From the NCBI GenBank assembly GCA_965219385.1, contig CBDCNM010000002.1, positions 716,639 through 780,638 of the forward strand: DNA of 64,000 nt, in the 5' to 3' direction. Origin of the DNA: Candidatus Latescibacterota bacterium. Lineage in GTDB: Bacteria > Latescibacterota > UBA2968 > UBA8231. Below are positions 50,409 to 60,241 of the stretch, piece after piece. The translations under genes were made by a program, and so were the position numbers. Below the pieces are notes generated by a model. It was not told the origin of the DNA. It did no database searches and worked only from the letters and a program-made list of their open reading frames with translations. Position 1 is the first letter of the stretch. Every line of letters begins with the position of its first letter.

Positions 50409-50487
50409 CGGCAGAGGTCGGGGATGGACAGGTGGCGCTGACCTGGGAGACGCCGGCGGACAACGGCTCGGCGCTGACGGGGTATGA
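50095..50487 (+). pseudogene. Middle FN3 module of the giant gene, stranded between two frameshifts
   Basis: GQARLSWT..ITQWQYR..LTNGVDYQFQVRALN. The frame is lost at the G5 run 50379-50383. Confidence 0.75.
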
Positions 50488-53400
50488 GTATCGCCACAGC
50501 AGCGACGGGGCCCGCACCTGGGCGCCGGACTGGGGGACGATCCGGGACAGCGATGCGGAGACGACGAGCCACCGGCTGGAAAGGCTGACCAACGGCACGG
50601 CGTACACCTTTGAGGTACGGACGGTCAACGGGGTGGGCGCGGGGGACTCGGCGCGGGTGGCGGCCACGCCGGGGCGGACGCCGGACCCGGTTCGCAACCT
50701 GCGGCGCGCGGCGGCGGGGAATGGGCAGGTGACGCTTTCCTGGGTGGCACCGTTGTCGGATGGGGGCCTGGCGCTGACGGGGTATGAGTATCGTCAAAGC
50801 GCCAACTCAGGGCGCACCTGGCCGCCGGACTGGACGGCGGTGGCGCCGCCGCTGGCGACGAGCCTGACGCGGACGGGCTTGGAGAGTTGCACGTTCTCCA
50901 CCTTCGAGGTGCGGGCGCGCAACCCGGCCGGTCCGGGCGACGCGCGGCGCGTTTCGGTGCCGCGGCCGTATTGGTCCGGTTCGCTGGCGGCGGATACGAC
51001 GTGGAGCGGCCGGGTCTGTGTGGACGGGGACGTGACCATCCCGGCGGGGGTGACGTTGACCCTGGCGGCGGAAACGGAGATGGCGTTCCATCCGGGGGGG
51101 GATGCCACGGGCGGGGGGGACGACCCCGCCCGCCCGGAGCTGATCGTGGCCGGGACGCTGAGCGCCGGCACCGGGGTCACCTTCCGGTCCGTTGATATCT
51201 ACTTCCCGTCCACCTCCGATTGGTCCGGCATCCGGGTGGACAGCGGGGGTAGCGCCGATCTGAGCGGGGCCACCATCCGGGACGGGGCGGGCTGTGTGCA
51301 GGCCCATGAGTCGGGTACGGTAACGCTGACCAACACCACCTTGAGCCCCTGCGGCCAGACGGTGTCGTTGAGCACGGCAAGGCCGCAGGTGGGGATGGGG
51401 CTGACGGCTTCGCTGGCCGGGGTGAGCGCTGGGCAGTGGCAGTGGCAGGGGCGCAATGACCGCGATAGTGCGCCGGCCTGGGCGGATCTGTCGGGCTTGT
51501 CGCCGTCGGCCGGCTACACGCCGGTGGCCGCGGATCTGGGTAGACAGTTGCGGGCGATGGTGCGGTACGGGCCCGGTTCGGGCCGCTATTACCATTTTGT
51601 TCAGAGTGCGCCGACCCGGGCGGTGATGTTGCCGTCGCCGACGGGTTTTGCGGTGTGGCCGGACCATGAGGCGGTGTTGCTGCTCTGGGACGCTTCCGCC
51701 GATGCCAGTATTACCCATTGGCGCTACGGGACAAGGGAGGGCACGGCCCCGATCGAATGGACGGAGGTGGCCGACGGTGAGGTGGCCCGCCTTGCGTATG
51801 GCGGTCGTATGCGCCGGTATATCCGGGTCGCCGGCCTGACCAACGGGGTGGCGTATCGGTTCAAGGTGCGGGCGAAAGCCGGTACGGCGGAGGGGGTGCC
51901 TACGGATCTTGTGGGGGTGACGCCGTCGAAGCCGCAGGTGGCCTATGGGGCCTCGAGCTACGAGGCGCAGGAAGGAGGTGCGGCGGTGTCGGTGGGGGTG
52001 GCCTTGTCGGCCCAGGCGACCCAGGCGGTGCCGTTGCCGCTGACGGTGACGGCGGATTCGGGCACGGAGGCGGGCGATTACACGGTGGAGGGGCTGAGTG
52101 CGGGGGCGGCAGGCGCTTACACGGTGTCGTTCGCCCTGGGCGACTCGACCCAGTCGTTTACGCTCAGGGCCAATGAGGACGACGACGGGGACGACGAGAC
52201 GGTGTCGCTGGGCTTCGGTTCCCTGTCGGGGCTGGGGATAGGAGCGGGCACGCCGGCGAGCGCTCAGGTGACGTTGGTAGAATCGATGACCGCCCCCCCG
52301 CCCCCCCCGTCGGGCCCGACGTCGGTGTCGTATGCGGAGAACCGTACCGACTCGGTGGCCACCTATACGCTGACTTCGGGTCTGACGTTGCAGTTGGGGG
52401 GCGCGGATGCGGACACGTTCCGGGTTTCGGGGGACACGCTGTATTTCCGGCGCCCGCCCGACTACGAGCAGCCGGCCGACACCGGCGGTAGCCGAAGCGG
52501 CGACAACATCTATGTCGTGCGCCTGCAGACCCACGACGGGTCGTTGTCGTCGGACCCGGTCGAGGTCCGTGTGACGGTGACCGACGTGGAGGAGCCCGGC
52601 ACAGTGACGCTGTCGTCGAGCCAGCCGCAGGTGGGCACGGCGGTGACGGCGAGGCTGGAAGACCCGGACGGGAGCGTGGCCGACACCCTGTGGCAGTGGC
52701 AGCATCGGGCCGATGCGACGGCAGGGTGGACGAACCTGGCGGGCTCGTCGGCGCAGTTGTCCGGCTATACGCCGGGGGCGGCGGATGGGGGGCAGCAGTT
52801 GCGGGCGACGGTGGACTATAGCGACGGGCACGGCCCGGACAAAAGCGCCCAGAGCGGGGCCACCGACCCGGTGCGGGCTCGGCCGGGGGGGACCGTCTCT
52901 TCCAGCGCCGCGTCGTACGTGGCGCTGGAAGACGGCGACACCGCCACGGTGCGGGTGAACCTGTCGCCGGCGCCGACCGAGGCGGTGGCCGTGAAGGTGA
53001 CGGTGCGACCGGGCCCGAACACCGAGGCCGGCGACTTCGCCGCTGTCGACCTGGCGTCGGACAGCACCGTGTCGTTCACGGCCACCGCCGCCTCGGACTC
53101 GTTCAAGATCGTGGCCCGCTCCGATGCGGACAGCGAGGACGAGACGGTGCTGCTGGGGTTCAAGGAGCTGCCGGCCGGCATCGGCCCCGGCGCGCCGGCC
53201 ACGGCCACGGTGAACCTCTTGGACGCGACCCTGAAGGTGGTCGGGCCCGCCCGGGTCTCCGTCGAGGAGGAGGGCAGCAGGTCGGTGGCCCCGTACCGGG
53301 CTACCGACCCGTGGGACGGTCCGGTGGCGCCGGTCCGCTGGTCGCTGACCGGCGCCGATTCTACCTGGTTTCAGATGCATGGCAACACCCTCGAATTCGA

Positions 53401-56400
53401 AAGCGAGCCCGACTACGAGCAGCCCCTGGACAAGGGCAGCAACCACGTCTACGACGTGAATCTGCAGGCCGTCTACGGGGGGGCGTACCACTCGGCCCCG
53501 TTCCCCGTGGCCGTGACCGTGACCAACAAGGACGAGCCGGGCAGGGTGAGCGTGTCGCCGTCGAGCGCGCAGGTGGGCCGGGAGTTGCAGGCGACGCTGA
53601 CCGACCCGGACGGCAGCGTGTCTGACACGCTGTGGCAGTGGCAGTACCGGGCCGAGGCCACATCGGCGTGGGATGACCTTACGAGCCCGGAAGCGCGGTT
53701 TTCCGCGTATAGGCCGGTGGCGGCCGATGCCGGGCAGTACCTGCGGGCAACGGTGGGCTACACCGACGGGCACGGGCCGGACAAGAGCGCGCAGAGCGGG
53801 GCCACCGATGCGGTGCAGGAGGCGTCAACCGTGACGATCGTGGGGCCGGACAGTGTTTGGTTTGCCGAGAACGGCACGGACTCAGTGGCCACCTATCGGG
53901 CCACGGATGGGCAAGGGGCCCGGCTGGCGTGGCGGTTGGGGGGGCCGGATGTGGGGGCTTTCACGGTGGAAGGGGATACCCTTTCCTTTACGAGGGCGCC
54001 CGATTTTGAGGGGCCGACCGATGCGGGGGGCGACAAGGTGTACAACGTCACGGTGACGGCTGGCGAGGGGGCGGGGTCTAGGTCGGAGGCGGTGGTGGTG
54101 ACGGTGACCAATGTGGATGAGCCGCCGCCGCCCGTGGGGGTGAGCGATACCACCTTTGCCGAGAACGGCACGGGGGGGGTGGCCACCTACACGGCCACCG
54201 ACCCGGAGGGGGCCGCGATTGACTGGTCGTTGGGGGGGGCGGATGCCGACACCTTGCAGATTGATGCGCAGGGCCGGCTGTCGTTCCGGGCGGCGCCCAA
54301 CTATGAGGCGCCGGCCGATGCCAACCGGGACCGTGTCTACCAGGTGGCGGTGGTGGCCAGTGACGGGGCGTTGTCAGCGTCGCTGGCGGTGTCGGTGCGG
54401 GTGACCAATGTGGAGGAGCCCGGCACGGTGACGCTGTCGTCGACCCAGCCGCGGGTGGACGTGCCCCTGCGGGCGGACCTGAGCGATCCGGATGGGGGGG
54501 TGACCAATGTGCGGTGGGCTTGGTTGTATTCTAGCGCTCAGGGGGCAAGGGGGGTTTGGGAGGAACCGGGGGGGACCGACCGGCTGTGGTCGACCTTCAC
54601 GCCGTACTCGTTGCTGGTGGGGCAGCAGGTGTGGGCGCGGGCGGTGTATGATGACGGCCACGGCGCCGACAAGCAGGCGCAGAGTGCGCCGACGGAGCCG
54701 GTGCAGGAGGCGGTCTCAACCGTGACGATCGTGGGGCCGGACAGTGTTTGGTTTGCCGAGAACGGCACGGACACAGTGGCCACCTATCGGGCCACGGATG
54801 GGCAAGGAGCCCGGCTGGCGTGGCGGTTGGGGGGGCCGGATGTGGGGGCTTTCACGGTGGAAGGGGATACCCTTTCCTTTACGAGGGCGCCCGATTTTGA
54901 GGGCCCGGCCGATGCGGGGGGCGACAACGAGTACCACGTCACGGTGACGGCTGGCGAGGGGGCGGGGTCTAGGTCGGAGGCGGTGGTGGTGACGGTGACC
55001 AATGTGGATGAACCCGGCACAGTGACGCTGTCGTCGACCCAGCCGCAGGTGGGGATGCTCCTGACGGCGGAGCTGGAAGACCCGGATGGGAACGAGCCGG
55101 GGGCGCGCTGGCAATGGCAGCGTCGGGCCGATGCGACGGCAGAGTGGGAGTCGGTCTCCTCGTCGGCGCGCTCGGGGCGAACGCCGAGCTATCCGGTGTC
55201 GTCCGGCTATAGGCCGGTGGCGGCGGCGGTGGGGCAGCAGTTGCGGGCGACGGTGGTGGACTATAGCGACGGCCACGGGGACAACAAGCAGGCGCAGAGT
55301 GATCCGACGGAGCCGGTGGTGGATGTGCCATCAGTGCCGGTGCTGACGGTGGATGCCGGGGATAGGCAGGTGACGCTCAATTGGGAGGCGGCCTCGGATA
55401 ATGGCTCCCCCATCGAGTGGTATGAATACCGTCAAGCCAGCGGGTCGGTTTGGACAACGGTGTTGGGGGGCGGCGAGGCGCGGACCAAGACGGTAACGGG
55501 GTTGACCAACGGCACGGTGTATACCTTTGAGGTGCGGGCCAAAAATGGGGTGGGCTACGGCCCAGCCGCAAGTCGGTCGGCCACCCCGGCCGGGATGCCG
55601 GGCATGCCGGTGTTGCCCAATCGTGCGCCGCAACTCGTGGGGCCCAGCGCGCCGTCGTTTGCCGAGAACGGCAGGGTGGTGGCCTCCTACACGGCCACCG
55701 ACCCGGAGGGCGACGCGCTTAGGTGGCCAGGGTTGAGCGGGGCCGATGGGCAGGCCTTCCAACTGGCCGGCTCGGGGCTGACGCGGGTGCTTCAATTCAA
55801 GACGGCGCCCAACTTTGAGGCGCCGACGGACCAGGACGGGGACAAGGTCTACCGGGTGGGGGTGGGCGTGAGCGACGCCCGGGACGAGGCGGGTGCCCCC
55901 GACCTTTCGGTGGACACCACCATCACGGTGTCGGTGACGGTGACCAATGTGGATGAGGCCGGCACGGTGACGCTGTCGTCGACCCAGCCGCAGGTGGGCA
56001 CGGAGCTGACGGCGGAGCTGCACGACCCGGATGGGATCGAGCCGGGGGCGCGCTGGCAATGGCAGCGTCGGGCCGATGCAACGGCAGCGTGGGAGTCGGT
56101 CTCCTCGTCGGCGCGCTCGGGGCGAACGCCGAGCTATCCGGTGGCGTCCGGCTATAGGCCGGGGGCGGCGGATGTGGGGCAGCAGTTGCGGGCGACGGTG
56201 GTGGACTATAGCGACGGCCACGGGGACAACAAGCAGGCGCAGAGTGCGCCGACAGAGCCGGTGGTGGATGTGCCGACGCTGGTGCTGACGGTGGATGCCG
56301 GGGATGGGCAGGTGACGCTCAATTGGGAGGTGATCTCGGCCAACGGCTCCCCCATCCAGTGGTATGAATACCGCCAGCATAGCGCATCCGATAGTTGGTC

Positions 56401-59400
56401 GGATTGGTCCACGGTGTCAGAGGGGGGCTCGGCACGGACCAAGACCGTGACCGGGTTGACCAACGGCACGGTGTATACCTTTGAGGTGCGGGCCAAAAAC
56501 GGGGTGGGCTACGGCCCAGCCGCGAGTGAGTCGGCCACCCCAGCCGGGGAGCCCGGCCCGCCGGGGAGCCTGTCGGCGGTGCGGGGCGATGAGCAGGTGC
56601 ATTTGAGTTGGACGGCCGCCTCGGACAGTGGCTCGTTGATCCAGTGGTATGAATACCGCCAGCATAGCGCATCCGATAGTTGGTCGGATTGGTCCACGGT
56701 GTCAGAGGGGGGCTCGGCGCGGACCAAGACGGTAACGGGGTTGACCAACGGCACGGTGTATACCTTTGAGGTGCGGGCCAAAAACGGGGTGGGCTACGGC
56801 CCAGCCGCGAGTGAGTCGGCCACCCCGGTGGCGCCCAATCGTGCGCCGGGGCTGACGGGGCCGAGCGCGCCGTCGTTTGCCGAGAACGGCACCGGGGGGG
56901 TGGCCTCCTACACGGCCACCGACCCGGAGGGCGACGCGATTGCGTGGGCGGCGTTGAGCGGGGCCGATGGGCGTGCCTTCCGGCTGACCGGCTCGGGGCT
57001 GACGCGGGTGCTTCAATTCAAGACGGCGCCCAACTTTGAGGCGCCGACGGACCAGGACGGGGACAAGGTCTACCGGGTGGGGGTGGGCGTGAGCGACGGC
57101 CGGGGCGGTGACGGCCAGGCCGACGCGGCGGTGGACACCACCATCACGGTGTCGGTGACGGTGACCAATGTGGACGAGGCCGGCACGGTGACGCTGTCGT
57201 CAACCCAGCCGCAGGTGGGGGTGCCCCTGCGGGCGGACCTGAGCGATCCGGATGGGGGGGTGACCAATGTGCGGTGGAGTTGGTCGTATTCTAGCGCTCG
57301 GGGGGCAAGGGGGGTTTGGGAGGAGCCGGGGGGAACCGACCGGCTGTGGTCGACCTTCACGCCGTACTCGTTGCTGGTGGGGCAGCAGGTGCGGGCGCGG
57401 GCGGTGTATGATGACGGCCAGGGCGCCGACAAGCAGGCGCAGAGCGGGGCCACCGATGCGGTGGTGGATGTGCCGGAACCGCCGGTGCTGACGGTGGATG
57501 TCGGGGATGGGCAGGTGACGCTCAATTGGGAGGCCGCCTCGGCCAACGGTTCGACCATCTCCTGGTATGAATACCGAAAGCGCAGCGGGTCCGGCAGTTG
57601 GTCGGGTTGGTCCACGGTGGCCGGCTACTCCTCGGCGCGGACCAAGACCGTGACCGGGTTGACCAACGGCACGGTGTATACCTTTGAGGTGCGGGCCAAA
57701 AACGGGGTAGGCTACGGTGCGGCGGCAAGTAAGTCGGCCACCCCGGCCGGGGTGCCGGGTACGCCGGGGAGCCTGTCGGCGGTGCGGGGCGATGAGCAGG
57801 TGAGTTTGAGTTGGACGGCCGCCTCGGACAATGGCTCGTCGATCCAGCGGTATGAATACCGAAAGCGCAGCGGGTCCGGCAGTTGGTCGGGTTGGTCCAC
57901 GGTGGCCGGCTACTCCTCGGCGCGGACCAAGACCGTGACCGGGTTGACCAACGGCACGGTGTATACCTTTGAGGTGCGGGCCAAAAACGGGGTGGGCTAC
58001 GGTGCGGCGGCAAGCAAGTCGGCCACCCCGGCCGGGGTGCCGGGTACGCCGGGGAGCCTGTCGGCGGTGCGGGGCGATGAGCAGGTGAGCTTGAGTTGGA
58101 CGGCCGCCTCGGCCAACGGTTCGACCATCTCCTGGTATGAATACCGAAAGCGCAGCGGGTCGGGTAGTTGGTCGGGTTGGTCCACGGTGGCCGGCTACTC
58201 CTCGGCGCGGACCAGGACCGTGACCGGGTTGACCAACGGCACGGTGTATACCTTTGAGGTGCGGGCCAAAAATGGGATGGGCTACGGCCCAGCCGCGAGC
58301 GACACGGCCATCCCGGCCGGGGTGCCGGGTACGCCGGGGAGCCTGTCGGCGGTGCGGGGCGATGAGCAGGTGAGCTTGAGTTGGACGGCCGCCTCGGCTA
58401 ATGGCTCGTCGATCCAGCGGTATGAATACCGAAAGCGCAGCGGGTCGGGTAGTTGGTCGGGTTGGTCCACGGTGACCGGCTACTCCTCGGCGCGGACCAA
58501 GACCGTGACCGGGTTGACCAACGGCACGGTGTATACCTTTGAGGTGCGGGCCAAAAACGGGGTGGGCTACGGCCCAGCCGCGAGCAAGTCGGCCACCCCG
58601 GCCGGGGTGGCCGGCACCCCGGGGAGCCTGTCGGCTTCCGCCGGCGATGGGCAGGTGCGTTTGAGTTGGACGGCCGCCTCGACCAACGGTTCGTCGATCT
58701 ACTGGTATGAATGCCGGCGGCGCCGCGGGTCCGGTAGCTGGTCAAGTTGGTCCACGGTGGCCGGCTACAGCTCAGCGCGGACCAAGACCGTGACCGGGTT
58801 GACCAACGGCTGGTCGTATACCTTTGAGGTGCGGGCCAAAAATGGGGTGGGCTACGGCCCAGCCGCGAGCGACACGGCCATCCCCCAAGCCACCCCCCCC
58901 ACCGGCGGCTACCGCGCCGCCGCCCAGCGGTCGGCCAGCTCCCCAGCCCCCCCACCCGATCCCGTGACCGGCTTGACCGCCCAGGCCGGCCCCCACCAGG
59001 CCGTGCTCCACTGGACCGATCCGGGCGACTCGACCATCACCTATTGGCAGTACCGCACCCAAGCGGACGCCGCTGAATGGGACGCGTGGCAGACCATTCC
59101 CCACAGCGAGGCGACCACCACCCGCCATCGGGTCGCCCCTCTGGCCCACGGCGTGGCCTACCACATCCAGGTGCGGGCGGTCAACCCGACCGGGACCGGC
59201 GCCCAAGCGGTAGCCGTGGCCGTGACCCCGCTTCGCTTGGCAATCCAGGCCGTGCCCAATCCGTTTAATCCGAGCACGACCCTGCGCTTCGACCTGCCGA
59301 CCCGGGCGACGGTCTCGTTGGTGCTTTACAATGTGTCGGGGCAGCGGGTCAAGACGCTCTTGCCGGCCGAGTCGTTGCCGGCCGGGGCTCATACCTGGGT

Positions 59401-59509
59401 CTGGGACGGCCGGGACGATGCGGGCGCGGCGGTAGCCTCGGGGGTGTATGTGTATCGCCTGCGCGCCGGCGAGCAGGCCGTAGTGGGCAAAATCACCTTG
59501 CTCCGCTGA
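50432..59509 (+). CDS. 3' part of the giant surface protein: FN3, cadherin-like, Calx-beta-like and Ig repeats with a C-terminal FlgD-Ig sorting domain
   Basis: LTNGT.YTFEVRA.NGVG (FN3); AEN..Y.ATDPEG..PDFE.P.D (cadherin-like); PNPFNPSTT..WDGRDD..SGVYVYRL..KITLLR. Confidence 0.88.
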   Translation: MALTWETPADNGSALTGYEYRHSSDGARTWAPDWGTIRDSDAETTSHRLERLTNGTAYTFEVRTVNGVGAGDSARVAATPGRTPDPVRNLRRAAAGNGQVTLSWVAPLSDGGLALTGYEYRQSANSGRTWPPDWTAVAPPLATSLTRTGLESCTFSTFEVRARNPAGPGDARRVSVPRPYWSGSLAADTTWSGRVCVDGDVTIPAGVTLTLAAETEMAFHPGGDATGGGDDPARPELIVAGTLSAGTGVTFRSVDIYFPSTSDWSGIRVDSGGSADLSGATIRDGAGCVQAHESGTVTLTNTTLSPCGQTVSLSTARPQVGMGLTASLAGVSAGQWQWQGRNDRDSAPAWADLSGLSPSAGYTPVAADLGRQLRAMVRYGPGSGRYYHFVQSAPTRAVMLPSPTGFAVWPDHEAVLLLWDASADASITHWRYGTREGTAPIEWTEVADGEVARLAYGGRMRRYIRVAGLTNGVAYRFKVRAKAGTAEGVPTDLVGVTPSKPQVAYGASSYEAQEGGAAVSVGVALSAQATQAVPLPLTVTADSGTEAGDYTVEGLSAGAAGAYTVSFALGDSTQSFTLRANEDDDGDDETVSLGFGSLSGLGIGAGTPASAQVTLVESMTAPPPPPSGPTSVSYAENRTDSVATYTLTSGLTLQLGGADADTFRVSGDTLYFRRPPDYEQPADTGGSRSGDNIYVVRLQTHDGSLSSDPVEVRVTVTDVEEPGTVTLSSSQPQVGTAVTARLEDPDGSVADTLWQWQHRADATAGWTNLAGSSAQLSGYTPGAADGGQQLRATVDYSDGHGPDKSAQSGATDPVRARPGGTVSSSAASYVALEDGDTATVRVNLSPAPTEAVAVKVTVRPGPNTEAGDFAAVDLASDSTVSFTATAASDSFKIVARSDADSEDETVLLGFKELPAGIGPGAPATATVNLLDATLKVVGPARVSVEEEGSRSVAPYRATDPWDGPVAPVRWSLTGADSTWFQMHGNTLEFESEPDYEQPLDKGSNHVYDVNLQAVYGGAYHSAPFPVAVTVTNKDEPGRVSVSPSSAQVGRELQATLTDPDGSVSDTLWQWQYRAEATSAWDDLTSPEARFSAYRPVAADAGQYLRATVGYTDGHGPDKSAQSGATDAVQEASTVTIVGPDSVWFAENGTDSVATYRATDGQGARLAWRLGGPDVGAFTVEGDTLSFTRAPDFEGPTDAGGDKVYNVTVTAGEGAGSRSEAVVVTVTNVDEPPPPVGVSDTTFAENGTGGVATYTATDPEGAAIDWSLGGADADTLQIDAQGRLSFRAAPNYEAPADANRDRVYQVAVVASDGALSASLAVSVRVTNVEEPGTVTLSSTQPRVDVPLRADLSDPDGGVTNVRWAWLYSSAQGARGVWEEPGGTDRLWSTFTPYSLLVGQQVWARAVYDDGHGADKQAQSAPTEPVQEAVSTVTIVGPDSVWFAENGTDTVATYRATDGQGARLAWRLGGPDVGAFTVEGDTLSFTRAPDFEGPADAGGDNEYHVTVTAGEGAGSRSEAVVVTVTNVDEPGTVTLSSTQPQVGMLLTAELEDPDGNEPGARWQWQRRADATAEWESVSSSARSGRTPSYPVSSGYRPVAAAVGQQLRATVVDYSDGHGDNKQAQSDPTEPVVDVPSVPVLTVDAGDRQVTLNWEAASDNGSPIEWYEYRQASGSVWTTVLGGGEARTKTVTGLTNGTVYTFEVRAKNGVGYGPAASRSATPAGMPGMPVLPNRAPQLVGPSAPSFAENGRVVASYTATDPEGDALRWPGLSGADGQAFQLAGSGLTRVLQFKTAPNFEAPTDQDGDKVYRVGVGVSDARDEAGAPDLSVDTTITVSVTVTNVDEAGTVTLSSTQPQVGTELTAELHDPDGIEPGARWQWQRRADATAAWESVSSSARSGRTPSYPVASGYRPGAADVGQQLRATVVDYSDGHGDNKQAQSAPTEPVVDVPTLVLTVDAGDGQVTLNWEVISANGSPIQWYEYRQHSASDSWSDWSTVSEGGSARTKTVTGLTNGTVYTFEVRAKNGVGYGPAASESATPAGEPGPPGSLSAVRGDEQVHLSWTAASDSGSLIQWYEYRQHSASDSWSDWSTVSEGGSARTKTVTGLTNGTVYTFEVRAKNGVGYGPAASESATPVAPNRAPGLTGPSAPSFAENGTGGVASYTATDPEGDAIAWAALSGADGRAFRLTGSGLTRVLQFKTAPNFEAPTDQDGDKVYRVGVGVSDGRGGDGQADAAVDTTITVSVTVTNVDEAGTVTLSSTQPQVGVPLRADLSDPDGGVTNVRWSWSYSSARGARGVWEEPGGTDRLWSTFTPYSLLVGQQVRARAVYDDGQGADKQAQSGATDAVVDVPEPPVLTVDVGDGQVTLNWEAASANGSTISWYEYRKRSGSGSWSGWSTVAGYSSARTKTVTGLTNGTVYTFEVRAKNGVGYGAAASKSATPAGVPGTPGSLSAVRGDEQVSLSWTAASDNGSSIQRYEYRKRSGSGSWSGWSTVAGYSSARTKTVTGLTNGTVYTFEVRAKNGVGYGAAASKSATPAGVPGTPGSLSAVRGDEQVSLSWTAASANGSTISWYEYRKRSGSGSWSGWSTVAGYSSARTRTVTGLTNGTVYTFEVRAKNGMGYGPAASDTAIPAGVPGTPGSLSAVRGDEQVSLSWTAASANGSSIQRYEYRKRSGSGSWSGWSTVTGYSSARTKTVTGLTNGTVYTFEVRAKNGVGYGPAASKSATPAGVAGTPGSLSASAGDGQVRLSWTAASTNGSSIYWYECRRRRGSGSWSSWSTVAGYSSARTKTVTGLTNGWSYTFEVRAKNGVGYGPAASDTAIPQATPPTGGYRAAAQRSASSPAPPPDPVTGLTAQAGPHQAVLHWTDPGDSTITYWQYRTQADAAEWDAWQTIPHSEATTTRHRVAPLAHGVAYHIQVRAVNPTGTGAQAVAVAVTPLRLAIQAVPNPFNPSTTLRFDLPTRATVSLVLYNVSGQRVKTLLPAESLPAGAHTWVWDGRDDAGAAVASGVYVYRLRAGEQAVVGKITLLR
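57480..58890. repeat. Five tandem 285-bp FN3-encoding units (array edges approximate)
   Basis: The TATGAAT anchor recurs at 57566, 57851, 58136, 58421 and 58706. Confidence 0.9.
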
Positions 59510-59514
59510 GCAAG

Positions 59515-59900
59515 TACCGATAGCTTGCAGCCGAGCCTCAAGGGCGCAACGGCCCGGACACGGACGAAAAAACCAAACCGACCGACTCGGGCGCCTTGAT
59601 CGGCGGCGGTGCCCCACACGCCGATGCGTAAACCCATCGTATCCACCAACAGGGGCCACTTGCGCCCCTGGATCTGCTTGCTCCCCTCATACCCGGTGAT
59701 TTTTCCTTGGGTGGCCGTCTGACGGTCTGGCTATCCACACAGCCGGCAGAGGGCCGCTCCTTGCGTTGGTGCCCTGTCGCTCTTGGCTGAGTGCGTTGGT
59801 CGTGGACCTGCGCCCAGACACCTTGTTGGCACCAGCGATTGAAATCGCCATATTGAAATCGCCATATACGGTTTGCCATCCGCCGAAGGTGGGCGGCAGC
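59515..59900 (-). pseudogene. Degenerate IS5-family transposase remnant
   Basis: Across several frames: FGGWQTVYGDF, RWCQQGVW, PSAGCVDSQTV, GYEGSKQIQGRK..LLVDTMGL. Contains a 14-bp tandem duplication at 59838-59865. Confidence 0.75.
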
Positions 59901-59940
59901 ATACGCCACTGACAACCGGTCTTGGTGAGGTCGAGAATCC

Positions 59941-60189
59941 AATCCCTTCAACGCCAGCACCCAGATCCCCTACCGCCTGGCCAGCCCCGGTCCGGTGCGG
60001 CTGGCGATCTACAATGTGCTGGGTCAGCCGGTGCGCATTCTGGTGGATGAGTTGCAGGCCGCCGGCTTCTACCAGGTCCACTGGGACGCCCGCGACCAGG
60101 GGGGTGCTGCGTTGGCAGCGGGGGTCTATCTGGCGCGCCTGCGCTACCCTGGCGGGGTGCAGACCCGGCGGTTGCTCTTGCTCAAGTAG
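59941..60189 (+). pseudogene. Orphan FlgD-Ig C-terminal sorting-domain fragment
   Basis: NPFNASTQIPYRL..LAIYNVLGQPVR..WDARD..AAGVYLARL..LLLLK*. An in-frame stop lies at 59926, so there is no passenger domain. Confidence 0.75.
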
Positions 60190-60241
60190 CCCGCCGGGCG
60201 CCTCGGCGCCAGAATTCCACCCGTTATCACCGTGACGCGAT

